The position numbers and the translations under genes are program-made. Below are positions 10,676 through 21,400 of a DNA stretch of 59,575 nucleotides, in pieces. Position 1 is the first letter of the stretch, and every line of letters starts with the position of its first letter. Source of the DNA: Methyloceanibacter sp. (lineage in GTDB: Bacteria > Pseudomonadota > Alphaproteobacteria > Rhizobiales > Methyloligellaceae); the NCBI GenBank assembly GCA_035689365.1, contig DASSLP010000136.1:1-59575 (forward strand), written 5' to 3'. The notes under the pieces were generated by a model. That model was given only the letters and a program-made list of their open reading frames with translations. It did no database searches and was not told where the DNA came from.

Positions 10676-11466
10676 ACGGCCACCTTGGCACTGATGGCGG
10701 GGTGCGGGTCGTAGCCGACGAGCTTGAAGTCCTCATAGGCGAAACCGAACAGCGAGCGCACCTCGGGATTGATCTCCATGCGCGGGAGCGCGCGAGGGAT
10801 GCGCTTCAACTGCTCGTCTGCCTGGTCGAGATGGGTCAGATAGAGATGGGCGTCGCCGAAGGTGTGGACGAACTCGCCAGGCTCTAGGCCTGTCACCTGC
10901 GCCACCATCTCCGTCAGCAGCGCATATGAGGCGATGTTAAAGGGCACGCCAAGAAACACATCGGCCGAGCGCTGATAAAGCTGACAGGAGAGCCGGCCCT
11001 CTGCCACATAGAATTGAAACAGACAGTGGCAGGGTGAGAGCGCCATCTTGTCGAGCTCTCCGACATTCCAGGCACTAACGATATGGCGGCGCGAATCGGG
11101 ATCGCGCTTCAAGCCCTCGACGACTTTGGCAATCTGATCGATGTGGCGTCCATCTGGCGTCGGCCAAGAGCGCCACTGCCGGCCGTAGACAGGCCCGAGG
11201 TCTCCGCTCTCGTCAGCCCACTCGTCCCAGATCGTCACGCCGTGACCGTTGAGGTAACGTACATTGGTCGAGCCTTGCAGGAACCACAGCAGCTCGTGGA
11301 TGATCGATTTGACGTGGAGCTTCTTGGTGGTGACGAGCGGAAATCCTCCGGCGAGATCGAACCGCATCTGGTGGCCGAAGATGCTGAGCGTGCCGGTATT
11401 GGTCCGGTCGTCCTTGCGGGCGCCAGTCTTGCGAATGCGAGCGAGGAGATCGAGATACTGACGCAA
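10672..11466 (-). CDS. thyA: Thymidylate synthase
   Basis: [21 protein letters not shown] and [18 protein letters not shown]; TTG start. Confidence 0.98.
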   Translation of the reverse strand: MRQYLDLLARIRKTGARKDDRTNTGTLSIFGHQMRFDLAGGFPLVTTKKLHVKSIIHELLWFLQGSTNVRYLNGHGVTIWDEWADESGDLGPVYGRQWRSWPTPDGRHIDQIAKVVEGLKRDPDSRRHIVSAWNVGELDKMALSPCHCLFQFYVAEGRLSCQLYQRSADVFLGVPFNIASYALLTEMVAQVTGLEPGEFVHTFGDAHLYLTHLDQADEQLKRIPRALPRMEINPEVRSLFGFAYEDFKLVGYDPHPAISAKVAV

Positions 11467-11610
11467 GGGTGAGGTCTTCTCCTATGATCTTACGGGATGA
11501 CTAGGCCTCAGTTTTTTCAATCCCAGCATAGCATTTGCGCCCGATTCGCGGCTGGGGGTTACCGTCCTATCAATCTTTTTTTCGCCCCCATAGAAGCCTA
11601 TATTGAGTTC

Positions 11611-11990
11611 CGTCGGCGCGAGTCGACTATGGCGATAAATAGCCTTCGTAATAAGCCATTCGGACCCGGGGGCGGTACCCGGCGCCTCCACCATTCAGGG
11701 AGCAGAAATCAGTGGTCATGAATCAGATCGGGGCAAGCTTCTGATTTCTGGCGTCTGATTTCTGGGACCTGATATGGGGGCGAAATAGGATCGACGAGGG
11801 TGTAAAGGACGCGCTTTCGCTCGGCATGGCTCCGCCGTTATCGGGCCGACCAAATAGTTGCCAACGACAACTATGCGGAGGCTGCTCTCGCTGCGTAAGC
11901 GGCGCGATAGCCTGAAAATCAAGTCCCAGCCCCTTCGCAGGGGTTAGGCGCGGTTTCGGAGGGCACCGGGCAACAGAAGCCCTCCACTTT
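11611..11990 (+). ncRNA. ssrA: Two-piece (circularly permuted) tmRNA with tag peptide ANDNYAEAALAA
   Basis: The acceptor piece ends GGCGCCTCCACCA at 11693. An intervening hairpin follows, and the coding piece starts GGGGGCGAAATAGGATCGAC at 11776. The tag ORF GCC AAC GAC AAC...GCT GCG TAA spans 11860-11898, and sspB follows. Outer ends are approximate. Confidence 0.95.
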
Positions 11991-12039
11991 ATGACGGGGG
12001 AACTGCCTAGCGTCGCAGAGAGGGTAGGCGGCGGTATCG

Positions 12040-12579
12040 ATGGCAGAAGACGAAATCAGATACGACCTTCTCACGCAGGATGCACTGCGCGGCGTGGTGC
12101 GCCAGGTGTTGGCGCGCGTGCAGCGCGAGGGCCTTCCCGGCGAGCATCATCTCTATATCGCTTTCGACACCGGAGCCGACGGGGTCTCGGTATCGAAGCG
12201 CCTCAAAGAGCAATATCCGGAGGAGATGACCATCGTCCTGCAATACCAGTTCTGGGATTTGCAGGTGTCGAATGACCGCTTCGAGGTGAAGCTCTCTTTC
12301 TCCAACGTGCCGGAGCGGCTGGTCGTGCCGTTCGCCGCAGTCAAGGCCTTCTACGACCCGTCCGCCCAATTCGGACTTCAGTTCGGCAAACCCGGCGCGG
12401 CGAATGACTCTGCCCGCCAGCACATGGCTGCCGCCCTTCCCGATCTTGTGGGCGAGCCTGAGGAGCCGCGCGGAGCTCTAGAGCCTCCGCATGACGAGGG
12501 CGAGGCACAAGCGTCGGAAGTCGTGATGTCGCGGCCTCCGGCGGAGGTCGTGCATCTCGATCGGTTCCGCAAGAAATAA
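12040..12579 (+). CDS. sspB: ClpXP adaptor SspB (alphaproteobacterial type)
   Basis: IRYDLLTQDALRGVV, YPEEMTIVLQYQFW and C-terminal VVHLDRFRKK; adjacent to ssrA. Confidence 0.95.
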   Translation: MAEDEIRYDLLTQDALRGVVRQVLARVQREGLPGEHHLYIAFDTGADGVSVSKRLKEQYPEEMTIVLQYQFWDLQVSNDRFEVKLSFSNVPERLVVPFAAVKAFYDPSAQFGLQFGKPGAANDSARQHMAAALPDLVGEPEEPRGALEPPHDEGEAQASEVVMSRPPAEVVHLDRFRKK

Positions 12580-12715
12580 CCCTTTCCTGCTCCGGTCCTT
12601 TTTCTTCACCTGCAACAAAATTTCACCACGAGCCGCTCGTCGCGTCATTGGCCTGCGGTCCCAATTCCGTCTAATGATGCTGGACCGCATTGGGTCGAGG
12701 GGCTGGGGAGCTCGC

Positions 12716-14599
12716 ATGAAGAAGGCTGTTGGCGCACAACGCGTCGTGGGCGCGCAGGACACCGCCGTGCTTGCGCCGGTGGAAGATTATCTTGCCGAGC
12801 TGCATAGCCGGGTTTCGGCGCTGACCGGCGGCAAACCCGCCGACTACATCCCCGAGCTTGGCAAGGCCAACCCTGCTCACTTCGGCATCGCCATCGCCAC
12901 CATCGACGGCGAGGTGTATACCGTCGGCGACGTCGAGCAGGCCTTCACCATCCAGTCCGTTTCCAAGCCGTTCATGTATGGCTACGCGCTCAATCGTTAT
13001 GGCCGTGATGCCGTGCTAAAGCGTGTGGGCGTCGAGCCCACGGGAGAGGCATTCAACTCGATCGTCCTCGACGAGGTCGCCAACCGTCCATTCAACCCCA
13101 TGGTCAACGCCGGCGCCATCGCCGTGGCCGAGCTGATGGACGGCACCTCGCCGGAAGAGCGCATCGCCAACATGCTCGCGTTGTTCGGTGGCCTCGCCGG
13201 CAGACAGGTCGAGATCGATGAGGCGGTGTTCCTGTCGGAGCAGGCGACCGGACACCGCAATCGCGCCATCGCTTACATGATGCTCAATACCGGCATGATC
13301 AAACACGACCCGAACGAGGTACTCGATCTCTATTTCCGGCAATGCTCGGTCAACGTCACCACCCGCGATCTCGCCGTCATGGCCGCAACGCTTGCCAATG
13401 ACGGCACCAATCCGGTCACAGGCAAAAGAGTGTTTGAGGCCCAATATGTGCGCGACGTGCTGTCGGTGATGAATTCCTGCGGCATGTACGACTATGCCGG
13501 CGAGTGGGCCTATGAGGTCGGCATGCCGGCCAAAAGTGGCGTCTCGGGCTGCATCATCGCCGTCATTCCGGGGCAGATCGGCATCGGCGTATTCGCGCCG
13601 CCCATCGACTCGCACGGCAACAGCGTGCGCGGGATTCGCGTCTGCCAGGAAATCTCGAAGGAGTTCGAGCTCCACGCCTTCAACAATCGCACCAATGTCA
13701 GAAGCGTGATCAGGCGCGAATATCGCGGCGACGCGGTGCGCTCGAACCACCTGCGAACGCCTGACGAGCGCGATGTGCTCGACCGCGAGGGGCACAAGGT
13801 CGCCGTGCTCGACGCGCAGGGGGTCCTGTTCTTCGGTTCGACCGAGCAGCTGTTGCGGCGCATCATGCAGCTGGCGGCCGAGACGAGCTATATCATCGTC
13901 GATTTCAAGCGCGTGCATCTCGCCGATGCCTCTGCCCGCAAGCTGATTGCGCGCGCCGCGCGCTCTCTGGCAGGCGGGCGGGCCGAACTCGTGTTCGCCG
14001 CAATCGCCGATGACGGACCGCTTGGCGCGCTCGCTCGCGAACTTGGCGCGCAGGGCGAAGGGCGCCCCGTGCGCGTTTTCTCCGACACCGACGCTGCGCT
14101 TGAATGGTGCGAGGACCAGCTATTGGCGAGCTCCTCGACCGGAGGCTCGGGGACGAAGTTCGCGCTTTCCGAGCTCGATCTGCTCAAAGGCTTGAGCGCC
14201 GAGGACTATCGGCTCATCGAGCCCCTGGTGAAGCCATTGGTCTTCGAGAAGGGCGAGGTCATTATCCGCGAGGGGGCTGAAGCCAAACTGTTCTTCGTAG
14301 TGGCGCGCGGCACGGTTAGCGTCCAGATCAAAGTGCCGGGACAGAACGGCCGAAAGAAGCGGGTGGCCTCGATTGGGCCCGGCTTGAGCTTCGGCGAGAT
14401 GGCGTTGCTCGACGGTGGTAAACGCTCCGCCGATATCGTGGCCGACGAGAAGGTGATCTGTTACGGGCTTGCGGTCGATCAGCTCGAGGAACTTGCGGCC
14501 GAGCATCCCAATATCATGATCACCATCCTAGGCAATCTGACGCGTGACTTCTCCGAGAGATTACGCCATGCCAACGAGGCGATCAGCGCGCTCGAATAG
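12716..14599 (+). CDS. glsA: Glutaminase A fused to STAS and cNMP-binding domains
   Basis: Glutaminase motifs ADYIPEL, FTIQSVSKPF, NPMVNAGAI and PAKSGVSG; STAS (GVLFFGSTE, IIVDFKRV); cNMP (FGEMALLDGGKRSADIVA). GGGGAG RBS before ATG 12716. Confidence 0.93.
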   Translation: MKKAVGAQRVVGAQDTAVLAPVEDYLAELHSRVSALTGGKPADYIPELGKANPAHFGIAIATIDGEVYTVGDVEQAFTIQSVSKPFMYGYALNRYGRDAVLKRVGVEPTGEAFNSIVLDEVANRPFNPMVNAGAIAVAELMDGTSPEERIANMLALFGGLAGRQVEIDEAVFLSEQATGHRNRAIAYMMLNTGMIKHDPNEVLDLYFRQCSVNVTTRDLAVMAATLANDGTNPVTGKRVFEAQYVRDVLSVMNSCGMYDYAGEWAYEVGMPAKSGVSGCIIAVIPGQIGIGVFAPPIDSHGNSVRGIRVCQEISKEFELHAFNNRTNVRSVIRREYRGDAVRSNHLRTPDERDVLDREGHKVAVLDAQGVLFFGSTEQLLRRIMQLAAETSYIIVDFKRVHLADASARKLIARAARSLAGGRAELVFAAIADDGPLGALARELGAQGEGRPVRVFSDTDAALEWCEDQLLASSSTGGSGTKFALSELDLLKGLSAEDYRLIEPLVKPLVFEKGEVIIREGAEAKLFFVVARGTVSVQIKVPGQNGRKKRVASIGPGLSFGEMALLDGGKRSADIVADEKVICYGLAVDQLEELAAEHPNIMITILGNLTRDFSERLRHANEAISALE

Positions 14600-14602
14600 G
14601 CG

Positions 14603-16546
14603 CTAGGCCTCGGCCGCCGCCTTCTGCTGTGGCTTGGTGCGCGGCTCCTTAGACGGCTCGAGCGGCACGTTCATCTCGACATAGAGGCCGGTCGGCCTGA
14701 ACTCGACCTTGGTGTCGCCGCCGAGATTGTGGCGGATGCCCTTGTCGATCAACTGCATGCCGAAACCGCCACCATTTGAGCTGCGCCGCGCCGGCACGTG
14801 GATGAGCGTGCCCCGCTCCTCCCAGGTGAGCAGGAGGCGGTTGCCGCGCGAGGTTTTCCAGCTGATACCGAGCTGCCCGTTATTGTGCGACAGCGCCCCG
14901 TATTTCACCGCGTTGGTGGCAAGTTCGTGCAGGGTCATGGCGAGGATCGAGGTGCATTGCGGTGGGAGCAGCACGTCCGAGCCTTTGACCATGATCTTGG
15001 GGCCGCCTTCGCGGCGATAAGGATCGAGCTCGCGCTCGACCATCGCCTTGAGGCTCGCGCCTGACCATTGCGATTCGAGCAGGAGATCATGGGCGCGATG
15101 CAAGGCTTGCAAGCGCTCGGCAAGCGTCTGGGCCATGGCCTGCGCTGGCCGAGACGTCGCCTGACGAAGGCTCGCCTGTACCAGAGATTGCACGATGGCG
15201 AGCGCGTTCTTGACGCGATGATTGAGCTCGCCGACCAGCATGCTTTGGCGCTGGGCGGTACGCCTCCGCTCAGTCACGTCGCGGAAAATGAGCACCGCGC
15301 CAGCGAGCGAGCCGTCGAAGCCTAGGATAGGCGCACCGCTATGCTCTACCGGCACCTCTCTTTCGTCGCGGGTGACAAGGAGGGCGCCAGATTCGAGCCG
15401 AGTCACGGCGCGCTCACGCAGCGCCTTTAGCGCAGGGTCGTCGACCGGCTTGCGCGAGTTCTCGTTAATGACGCGGAACACCTCCCAGATCGGGCGCCCG
15501 CGCGCCTCGGGGCCAGACCATCCCGTCATCTGCTCGGCGATCTTGTTGAGAAGCAGAACGCTGCCGTTGGGGTCGGTGGCGATGACCCCATCGCCGATCG
15601 AGGCAAGGGTCGTGCTCAACCACTCGCGCTGGCCGCGCAGCTCCATCAGCGCAGCGTTGCGGTCGCGGTCGGCGCGCCGCACTGCACCGATCGTCGTCCA
15701 AGCAAACACGGCAAGCACGAGGATGCTCGCCACCGCAAAGATCGCGAGCGTCGCAGCGCTGTCGTAGAAGGTGTGGACTTCGGCCAAATGGGCGAACCAG
15801 CCGATGACGAGCGGCAGGACGAGGATGCCGGGAAGCAGCCTGCGCAGCATCTCCCCGGCAGGCGACTGCTCGACGATTGCGGCGGCAATGCCGTATTCGG
15901 GAGAGGCGGCAAGCAGCCCGAGCGCAAGCAGCAAGCTGCTGATGGCGCCATAGAGCGACATCGAGGTGAACGGGAACGGATAATAATAGGTGGCGACGCC
16001 ATAGGCGTAACCCGCGAGCACGATCAGCACCTGGGCGATAATGATGAGCGCAAGGATCTGGCTGAACGCCGAGGAGATGCTTCCCTGCTTGGCGTAAAGC
16101 AGCGCGAGCCCGAACAGGATCAGCGAGCCGGTAATGCCGGGCGATATATGCAAGGGCTGGCCCGAGGAAGAGGCGTCGGCGAGGAGGACCTCGGCGCGAA
16201 CCAGCGCCTGGTCGATGCCGAGGTTGAAGCCGAGCAGATCTTGGGTCATGACGGCGAGCCCCAAGACGACGAGGGCAAAGCCGATCACTCTCGCGAGCGG
16301 ACGGAGCGCCCTGAAGGTGAAGCAGAACAGACCAACGCCTGCGGCGAGAACGCCCACAGCGGCATGTGGCGTCATGCTGGCTAGACCAGGTAGCGCCTGT
16401 GAGAGCTCGGGATCGGGGATCTGCCAGCCGAGGAGCACGACACCGCCCATGACGCAGACGATGAAGGCAGCAGAGCGCGCTACGAGCAACGAGATGTGCT
16501 CGGCACGCGGCGCTGGCAGCGCCAGTTTTGCCGGAACTTCAGCCAC
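14603..16546 (-). CDS. Membrane sensor histidine kinase, HWE family, with PAS domain (orphan)
   Basis: Multi-TM N-terminus, PAS (TLASIGDGVIATD...VLIFRDVTE), H-box ELNHRVKN, LHELATNAVKYGALS and WEERG. Confidence 0.92.
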   Translation of the reverse strand: MAEVPAKLALPAPRAEHISLLVARSAAFIVCVMGGVVLLGWQIPDPELSQALPGLASMTPHAAVGVLAAGVGLFCFTFRALRPLARVIGFALVVLGLAVMTQDLLGFNLGIDQALVRAEVLLADASSSGQPLHISPGITGSLILFGLALLYAKQGSISSAFSQILALIIIAQVLIVLAGYAYGVATYYYPFPFTSMSLYGAISSLLLALGLLAASPEYGIAAAIVEQSPAGEMLRRLLPGILVLPLVIGWFAHLAEVHTFYDSAATLAIFAVASILVLAVFAWTTIGAVRRADRDRNAALMELRGQREWLSTTLASIGDGVIATDPNGSVLLLNKIAEQMTGWSGPEARGRPIWEVFRVINENSRKPVDDPALKALRERAVTRLESGALLVTRDEREVPVEHSGAPILGFDGSLAGAVLIFRDVTERRRTAQRQSMLVGELNHRVKNALAIVQSLVQASLRQATSRPAQAMAQTLAERLQALHRAHDLLLESQWSGASLKAMVERELDPYRREGGPKIMVKGSDVLLPPQCTSILAMTLHELATNAVKYGALSHNNGQLGISWKTSRGNRLLLTWEERGTLIHVPARRSSNGGGFGMQLIDKGIRHNLGGDTKVEFRPTGLYVEMNVPLEPSKEPRTKPQQKAAAEA

Positions 16547-16753
16547 TAGCCTCCCTCACCCAACTTTGCGGACCAAACAACCCCGAGAACCTTGGGCGCT
16601 CCTCGGCAGAAGGCCGCAACGCTTTGCAAAACCGCGTTCTCCCACCCTTTTTTGGCAATGTTATACCCCCATAGAACCCGTAGGTCATTCGGTCACAGGC
16701 AAAGCACGGGTACAGTGTCCCCGTAGCTCCGCCCATCCACAGGAGAATTGAGC

Positions 16754-18181
16754 ATGCCTCATAAGCGAGGTCCTTTGAGCGAATCGAAAGGCGCCACCCG
16801 TATCGAATCCGATTCGCTCGGGACAATCGACGTGGAGCAGGAGCGATATTGGGGCGCCCAGACCGAACGCTCGCGCCGGAACTTCAAGATCGGCGAGGAG
16901 AGCATGCCGAAGCCGCTGATCAGAGCGCTCGCTTTGGTCAAAAAGGCGGCAGCGCTGACCAATCGCGACATCGGCCTGCTCGAGGAGCGCCTCGCTACGG
17001 CGATCGCCACATCTGCCGATGAAGTCATCGAAGGCAGGTTCGACGCTCATTTCCCCCTGGTCGTCTGGCAAACCGGTTCCGGCACCCAGACCAATATGAA
17101 TTTGAACGAGGTGATCGCTAACCGCGCCAGCGAACTTTTAGGCGGCACCCTCGGATCAAAAAGCCCCGTTCACCCCAACGATCACGTCAATCTCGGACAA
17201 TCCTCGAATGACGCGTTCCCCACTGCCATGCACGTCGCAGCCGCCGAGGAGATCGCCTATCAGCTTAACCCCGCTCTCGCTCGGCTCTACCAGGCCCTCA
17301 AGGACAAGGCCGAGGCCTTCCAAGACATCCTCAAGATCGGCCGTACGCACTTACAGGACGCAACCCCCCTTACTTTGGGGCAAGAATTCGGCGGCTATGC
17401 GGCACAGGTCGATCACGGAATCGAGCGAATAAAGCTCACGCTTCCAGGCCTTTACGAGCTTGCCCAAGGCGGTACCGCGGTCGGAACCGGCCTAAATACG
17501 AGCCCGCTCTTCGCCGAAGCCTTCGCCGCTAAGATCGCCGAACTGACACGGCTGCCGTTCGTGAGCGCCAAGAACAAGTTCGAGGCGCTCGCCACTCACG
17601 ACGCCATGGTCTTCGCGCATGGCGCGCTCAACGCCGTGGCAGTGTCGCTGTTCAAGGTCGCCAACGATATCCGGATCCTGGGCTCCGGCCCGCGGTCTGG
17701 CTTTGGCGAGCTGCTCCTGCCGGAGAACGAGCCGGGGTCATCGATCATGCCGGGGAAGGTGAATCCGACGCAATGCGAGGCCGTGACCCAGGTGGCGGCG
17801 CGGGTGATGGGTAACAACACCACGATCACCTTCGCGGGAAGCCAGGGCCATCTCGAGCTCAACGTGTTCAAGCCGGTGATCGCCCACGCCATGCTGCAAT
17901 CGATCAGGCTCTTGGCCGACGTCGCGGACAGCTTCACCGAGAAATGCATCGTCGGCATCGAGCCTGACCGGCCGCAAATGAAGCAGCATTTGGAGCGCTC
18001 GCTCATGCTGGTCACGGCGCTTGCGCCGCATATCGGCTATGACAAGGCAAGCGAGATCGCCAAAGCCGCGCACAAGAACGGTACGACGTTGCGCGAAGAG
18101 GCGATAAGATTGGGTCATGTGCGCGCGGAAGATTTCGATCGCCTGGTGCGGCCCGAAGATATGACCGGGCCTAAGCGCTAG
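16754..18181 (+). CDS. fumC: Class II fumarate hydratase
   Basis: [22 protein letters not shown] and [11 protein letters not shown]; AGGAG RBS. Confidence 0.97.
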   Translation: MPHKRGPLSESKGATRIESDSLGTIDVEQERYWGAQTERSRRNFKIGEESMPKPLIRALALVKKAAALTNRDIGLLEERLATAIATSADEVIEGRFDAHFPLVVWQTGSGTQTNMNLNEVIANRASELLGGTLGSKSPVHPNDHVNLGQSSNDAFPTAMHVAAAEEIAYQLNPALARLYQALKDKAEAFQDILKIGRTHLQDATPLTLGQEFGGYAAQVDHGIERIKLTLPGLYELAQGGTAVGTGLNTSPLFAEAFAAKIAELTRLPFVSAKNKFEALATHDAMVFAHGALNAVAVSLFKVANDIRILGSGPRSGFGELLLPENEPGSSIMPGKVNPTQCEAVTQVAARVMGNNTTITFAGSQGHLELNVFKPVIAHAMLQSIRLLADVADSFTEKCIVGIEPDRPQMKQHLERSLMLVTALAPHIGYDKASEIAKAAHKNGTTLREEAIRLGHVRAEDFDRLVRPEDMTGPKR

Positions 18182-18189
18182 GCATTGGC

Positions 18190-18423
18190 ATGGCGCCCGC
18201 GCACAATAAGCGCTCGCTCACCATCGCGCGGCATCGGACGAGCATCTCGCTCGAGGATGAATTCTGGAATGCGCTCAGTGACATTGCCCGGAGCGACGAC
18301 AAGTCCGTCGCGGCGCTGATCGGCGAGATCGACAAGAGAAGGTCCACGATGCAGGAGCGCCAGCCAAGCCTTTCCGCCGCAATCCGCCTCTATGTGCTCG
18401 AGCGGACCCGCCGCTCGCGCTGA
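18190..18423 (+). CDS. Ribbon-helix-helix (RHH_4-type) protein
   Basis: KRSLTIARHRTSISLEDEFW...LSAAIRLYVL. Confidence 0.88.
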   Translation: MAPAHNKRSLTIARHRTSISLEDEFWNALSDIARSDDKSVAALIGEIDKRRSTMQERQPSLSAAIRLYVLERTRRSR

Positions 18424-18437
18424 ACCAAGGATCGGAG

Positions 18438-21400
18438 CTACGGGCCGAAGATGCTGATCCCCTTCTTCCACGCATCAGGGGCCTCACGAGGAGCGCTCAG
18501 GGACCGGCGCGGCCGGCTTGAGGAGCGCTGACGCGGCGGTGCCGCCACATCGGCGGCGGCTGCGGTCGGTTGAGCCTCAGTGCTCGCCGCCGCGTCGGGC
18601 GTTGGCGTAGGCAACGGAGGCTCTTCCGGAGAAGCGATCGCCGGGGCAGCCGCAGCAGGCTGAGCCTCCGGCGAAGGCAACGGAGCTTCTGCCGGCGCGG
18701 CTACCGTCGGGGCAGAGGGCGGTGAAGCCTCCGGCTCGGCAGTTTCAATCGGCGGAGCGGCAGGCGGTGAAGTCTCAGGCTTGACAGCTTCGGCGGGCGG
18801 CGCCGAAGCCTCTTTCGGCTCGGCGATCGTAGGGGCAGAGCGCGGTGAAGCCTCGGGCTCGGCAGCTTCAATCGGCGGAGCGGCAGGCGGTGAAGTCCCA
18901 GGCTTGGCAGCTTCGGCGGGCGGCGCCGGAGTCTCTTCCGGCGCGGCGATGGTTGGGGCAATGGGCGGTGAAGTCTCAGGCTCGGCAGCCTTGATCGGTG
19001 GAGCGACCGGTAAAGCCCCGGGCTTGGCAGTTTCGGCGGACGGTGCGGGCGCCTCTTGCCCTGACGGCTCAGCAGACGGCTCTCCCGCGGGCTGATTGGC
19101 AGGATCGGCCAACACCCGCGCGATGCCGTCACTCTCCTCGGGCTGTGCTGGCGCTTCCTCACGCGCCTCTGTGGGAGTGGGCGCCACGTCGGCCGAGGAC
19201 GCCGGGGCCGATTGCGGCAAAGCCTCCTGAGGCTGCTCGGTCTCGGCGCGGGGGCTCGGCTCGCTCGGCTGCCCGGCTTCCACCGGCGGCTCGGGAGGCG
19301 GGCTCTCGGCCGCCGGGCCGGTATCGTCAACGGGCGGCTGCGTCTTGCCGCTCACGTCAAGCGTCTCGAGACGCTCAACGTCCTCCCGCATACGGCGCAT
19401 GGTGAGATAGCTCTCGATCGCACCGGTATCGATGGAAGGCGAAATCGCGTCAGCTTGGCTGAGGGCCCCCGCGAACACGAGTGTCACCGGCGGCACGTCC
19501 TGGTTTTTGCCACCTGCGAGATTTACAGCCCATTCGCTGTCGAGCTTGAGGCTTGCAAGCTCGACATAACCGTTGATCTTGGTCACACCGGTCGGACTCG
19601 CCAGCGTGGTCGGCGCAAGCCGGAGCGTGCCGCTCTTGATATCGAAGGCAAGCTTCACCGGGCCATATTTGTAAATGCCCTTGGTGACCTTGTCCCTCAC
19701 GGTGCGCGCTTCCTCGGCGATCTGCTCTCTGTCGACCTTGATCCGCGTGTTGGAGGCGACCACCGCCACGCGGCGAAGCGGATCTGGATTTAGCGCGAGC
19801 ACTGCGCCGGGCCCAAGCGACAGCGTACCCTCTCCACTCAGTCCCGCCACAAGGCCGGGGGGGCTTAGGCCCTCACCCTGAAGGTTGAAGGCGAGATCGA
19901 ACGGGCCCTTGGCGAGACTATTGTCGAAGATGCTCTTCGAGAGATCGTCGAGCTTGCCTCCGGCAATCTCGGCATGAGCCTTGAGATCGGCACCGGCGCC
20001 GAGTGGCGTCAGGCTTCCCGACGCCGCGAATGTCCCGCCGAACAGGTGCCCCGTGAGGCTGGTGACGTTAAGCCCGTTCTTGTCGACGCGGCCGGTAAGC
20101 GTGGCGCCCGTGACTTGAAACGGCTCTCCAAGCGCGAGCTTCCCCGTGCTCAGCGTGATGTCACCTTCGGAATTCTCGATGATGCCAAGCGAGAAGCCCC
20201 GCGACGGCCACACCTCGGAGGCGCCAGCGCCGATCGCGCCAAGCATCTCCTCGGTCGATGGCGTGCGCTGCCAGGCGACCAGGAGTCCGAGCAGAGACGG
20301 CAAGGAGACGCTGTCGGCGCTTGCCGCGAGCTTGAAGCGAGTCTTGCTTCCGTTTTTGTCGAAATGCGCGCTTCCTGCGACAGCCTGGCCTGCGACCATG
20401 CCCTTCACGCCGGTCAGGTCGATACTCGGTCCTTGCTTGACGAGGTCGGCGCGAAGGCTGAGCGGGACGCCGGCGGCCGAAGGCGGCGCTTCAAAGCCTA
20501 CCAGCATGAGAGCAAGGCTCGCATCTTTGCTCGTGGCGGAGCCTTTGCCTGCAAGCGCAATCCCGCTCTCTTGCAATGAGCCCTGGCCTTCGAAGGCAAT
20601 ATCCATCGTCGCGGTGGCGAGCTCGGCCTTGCCGACAACCTTGGTCTTCGGCACGCCGGCAAGATTGACGGAGAGCTTGCCCTGGCTTCCGCCTGAGGCC
20701 GCGGCGAGGCGCTCGGCGGGCAGATCAGGGAAGAGGAGGACAAGGATCGCCTCGGGGCGCGCCCCGGTGACGCTGCCGTCGAGGTCGATCTTGGCTTCGC
20801 TGAGCTTGGCAGGCTCGCCCACCGCATGCGCGGCTAGCGCTATGCCTGACCCGCCGGCTTGGCCGCCAAGCTGCACGGAGGCCCTGGTCGCATCGCCTTC
20901 ACGGCCGGCAACGAGTCCAACATGAAGATCGAGCGGAGCGAGGCTCGCAAGATGCGGCGATTTGGTCACGCTGTCGGGCAGGCCAAACAGACCAGAGGCG
21001 ATGTGCAGACTGTCGGGCGTCGAAGCCTTGAGCGCGAAATCGACGCGTCCCGAAGGCGCCTCGCTTAGCTGCTCGATCCGGCCTTTGCCGTTGAACGCGA
21101 TCGCGGAGCCCGCGGCAAAGTCGAGCTGTTCGACGTCGAGCGTGCCATTGATGAGCGAGAACCGCGCACCGAGCTTGCCGGCGGGAATGTTGGGGAGCAG
21201 AAGTTCACCTACCCGCAAGGTCACACGCACATCGTCATCGCGGAACTGGCTGAGCAGGTTCTGCTCCTCGGTGGGGGCAGCTTGCGGCGTGGGCGCCACT
21301 GCTGGCGTTGACACCTCCGGCATCCAGGACCGCCAGATCGGTCCGTCGCCGATCATGTCCCTCAAGTCGAGCCGGTCGCTGTCGAGCGAAAGCTCGATCA

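Noticed and set aside
11482-11922. Small ORFs over the ssrA locus (e.g. MVEAPGTAPGS)
   Set aside because: They are translations of the tmRNA gene and its antisense strand.
11660-16700. Possible integrative element at ssrA
   Set aside because: I found no integrase and no duplicated ssrA 3' fragment.
18680-19050. Periodic repeats considered as a CRISPR array
   Set aside because: They are degenerate in-frame coding repeats without unique spacers or cas genes.
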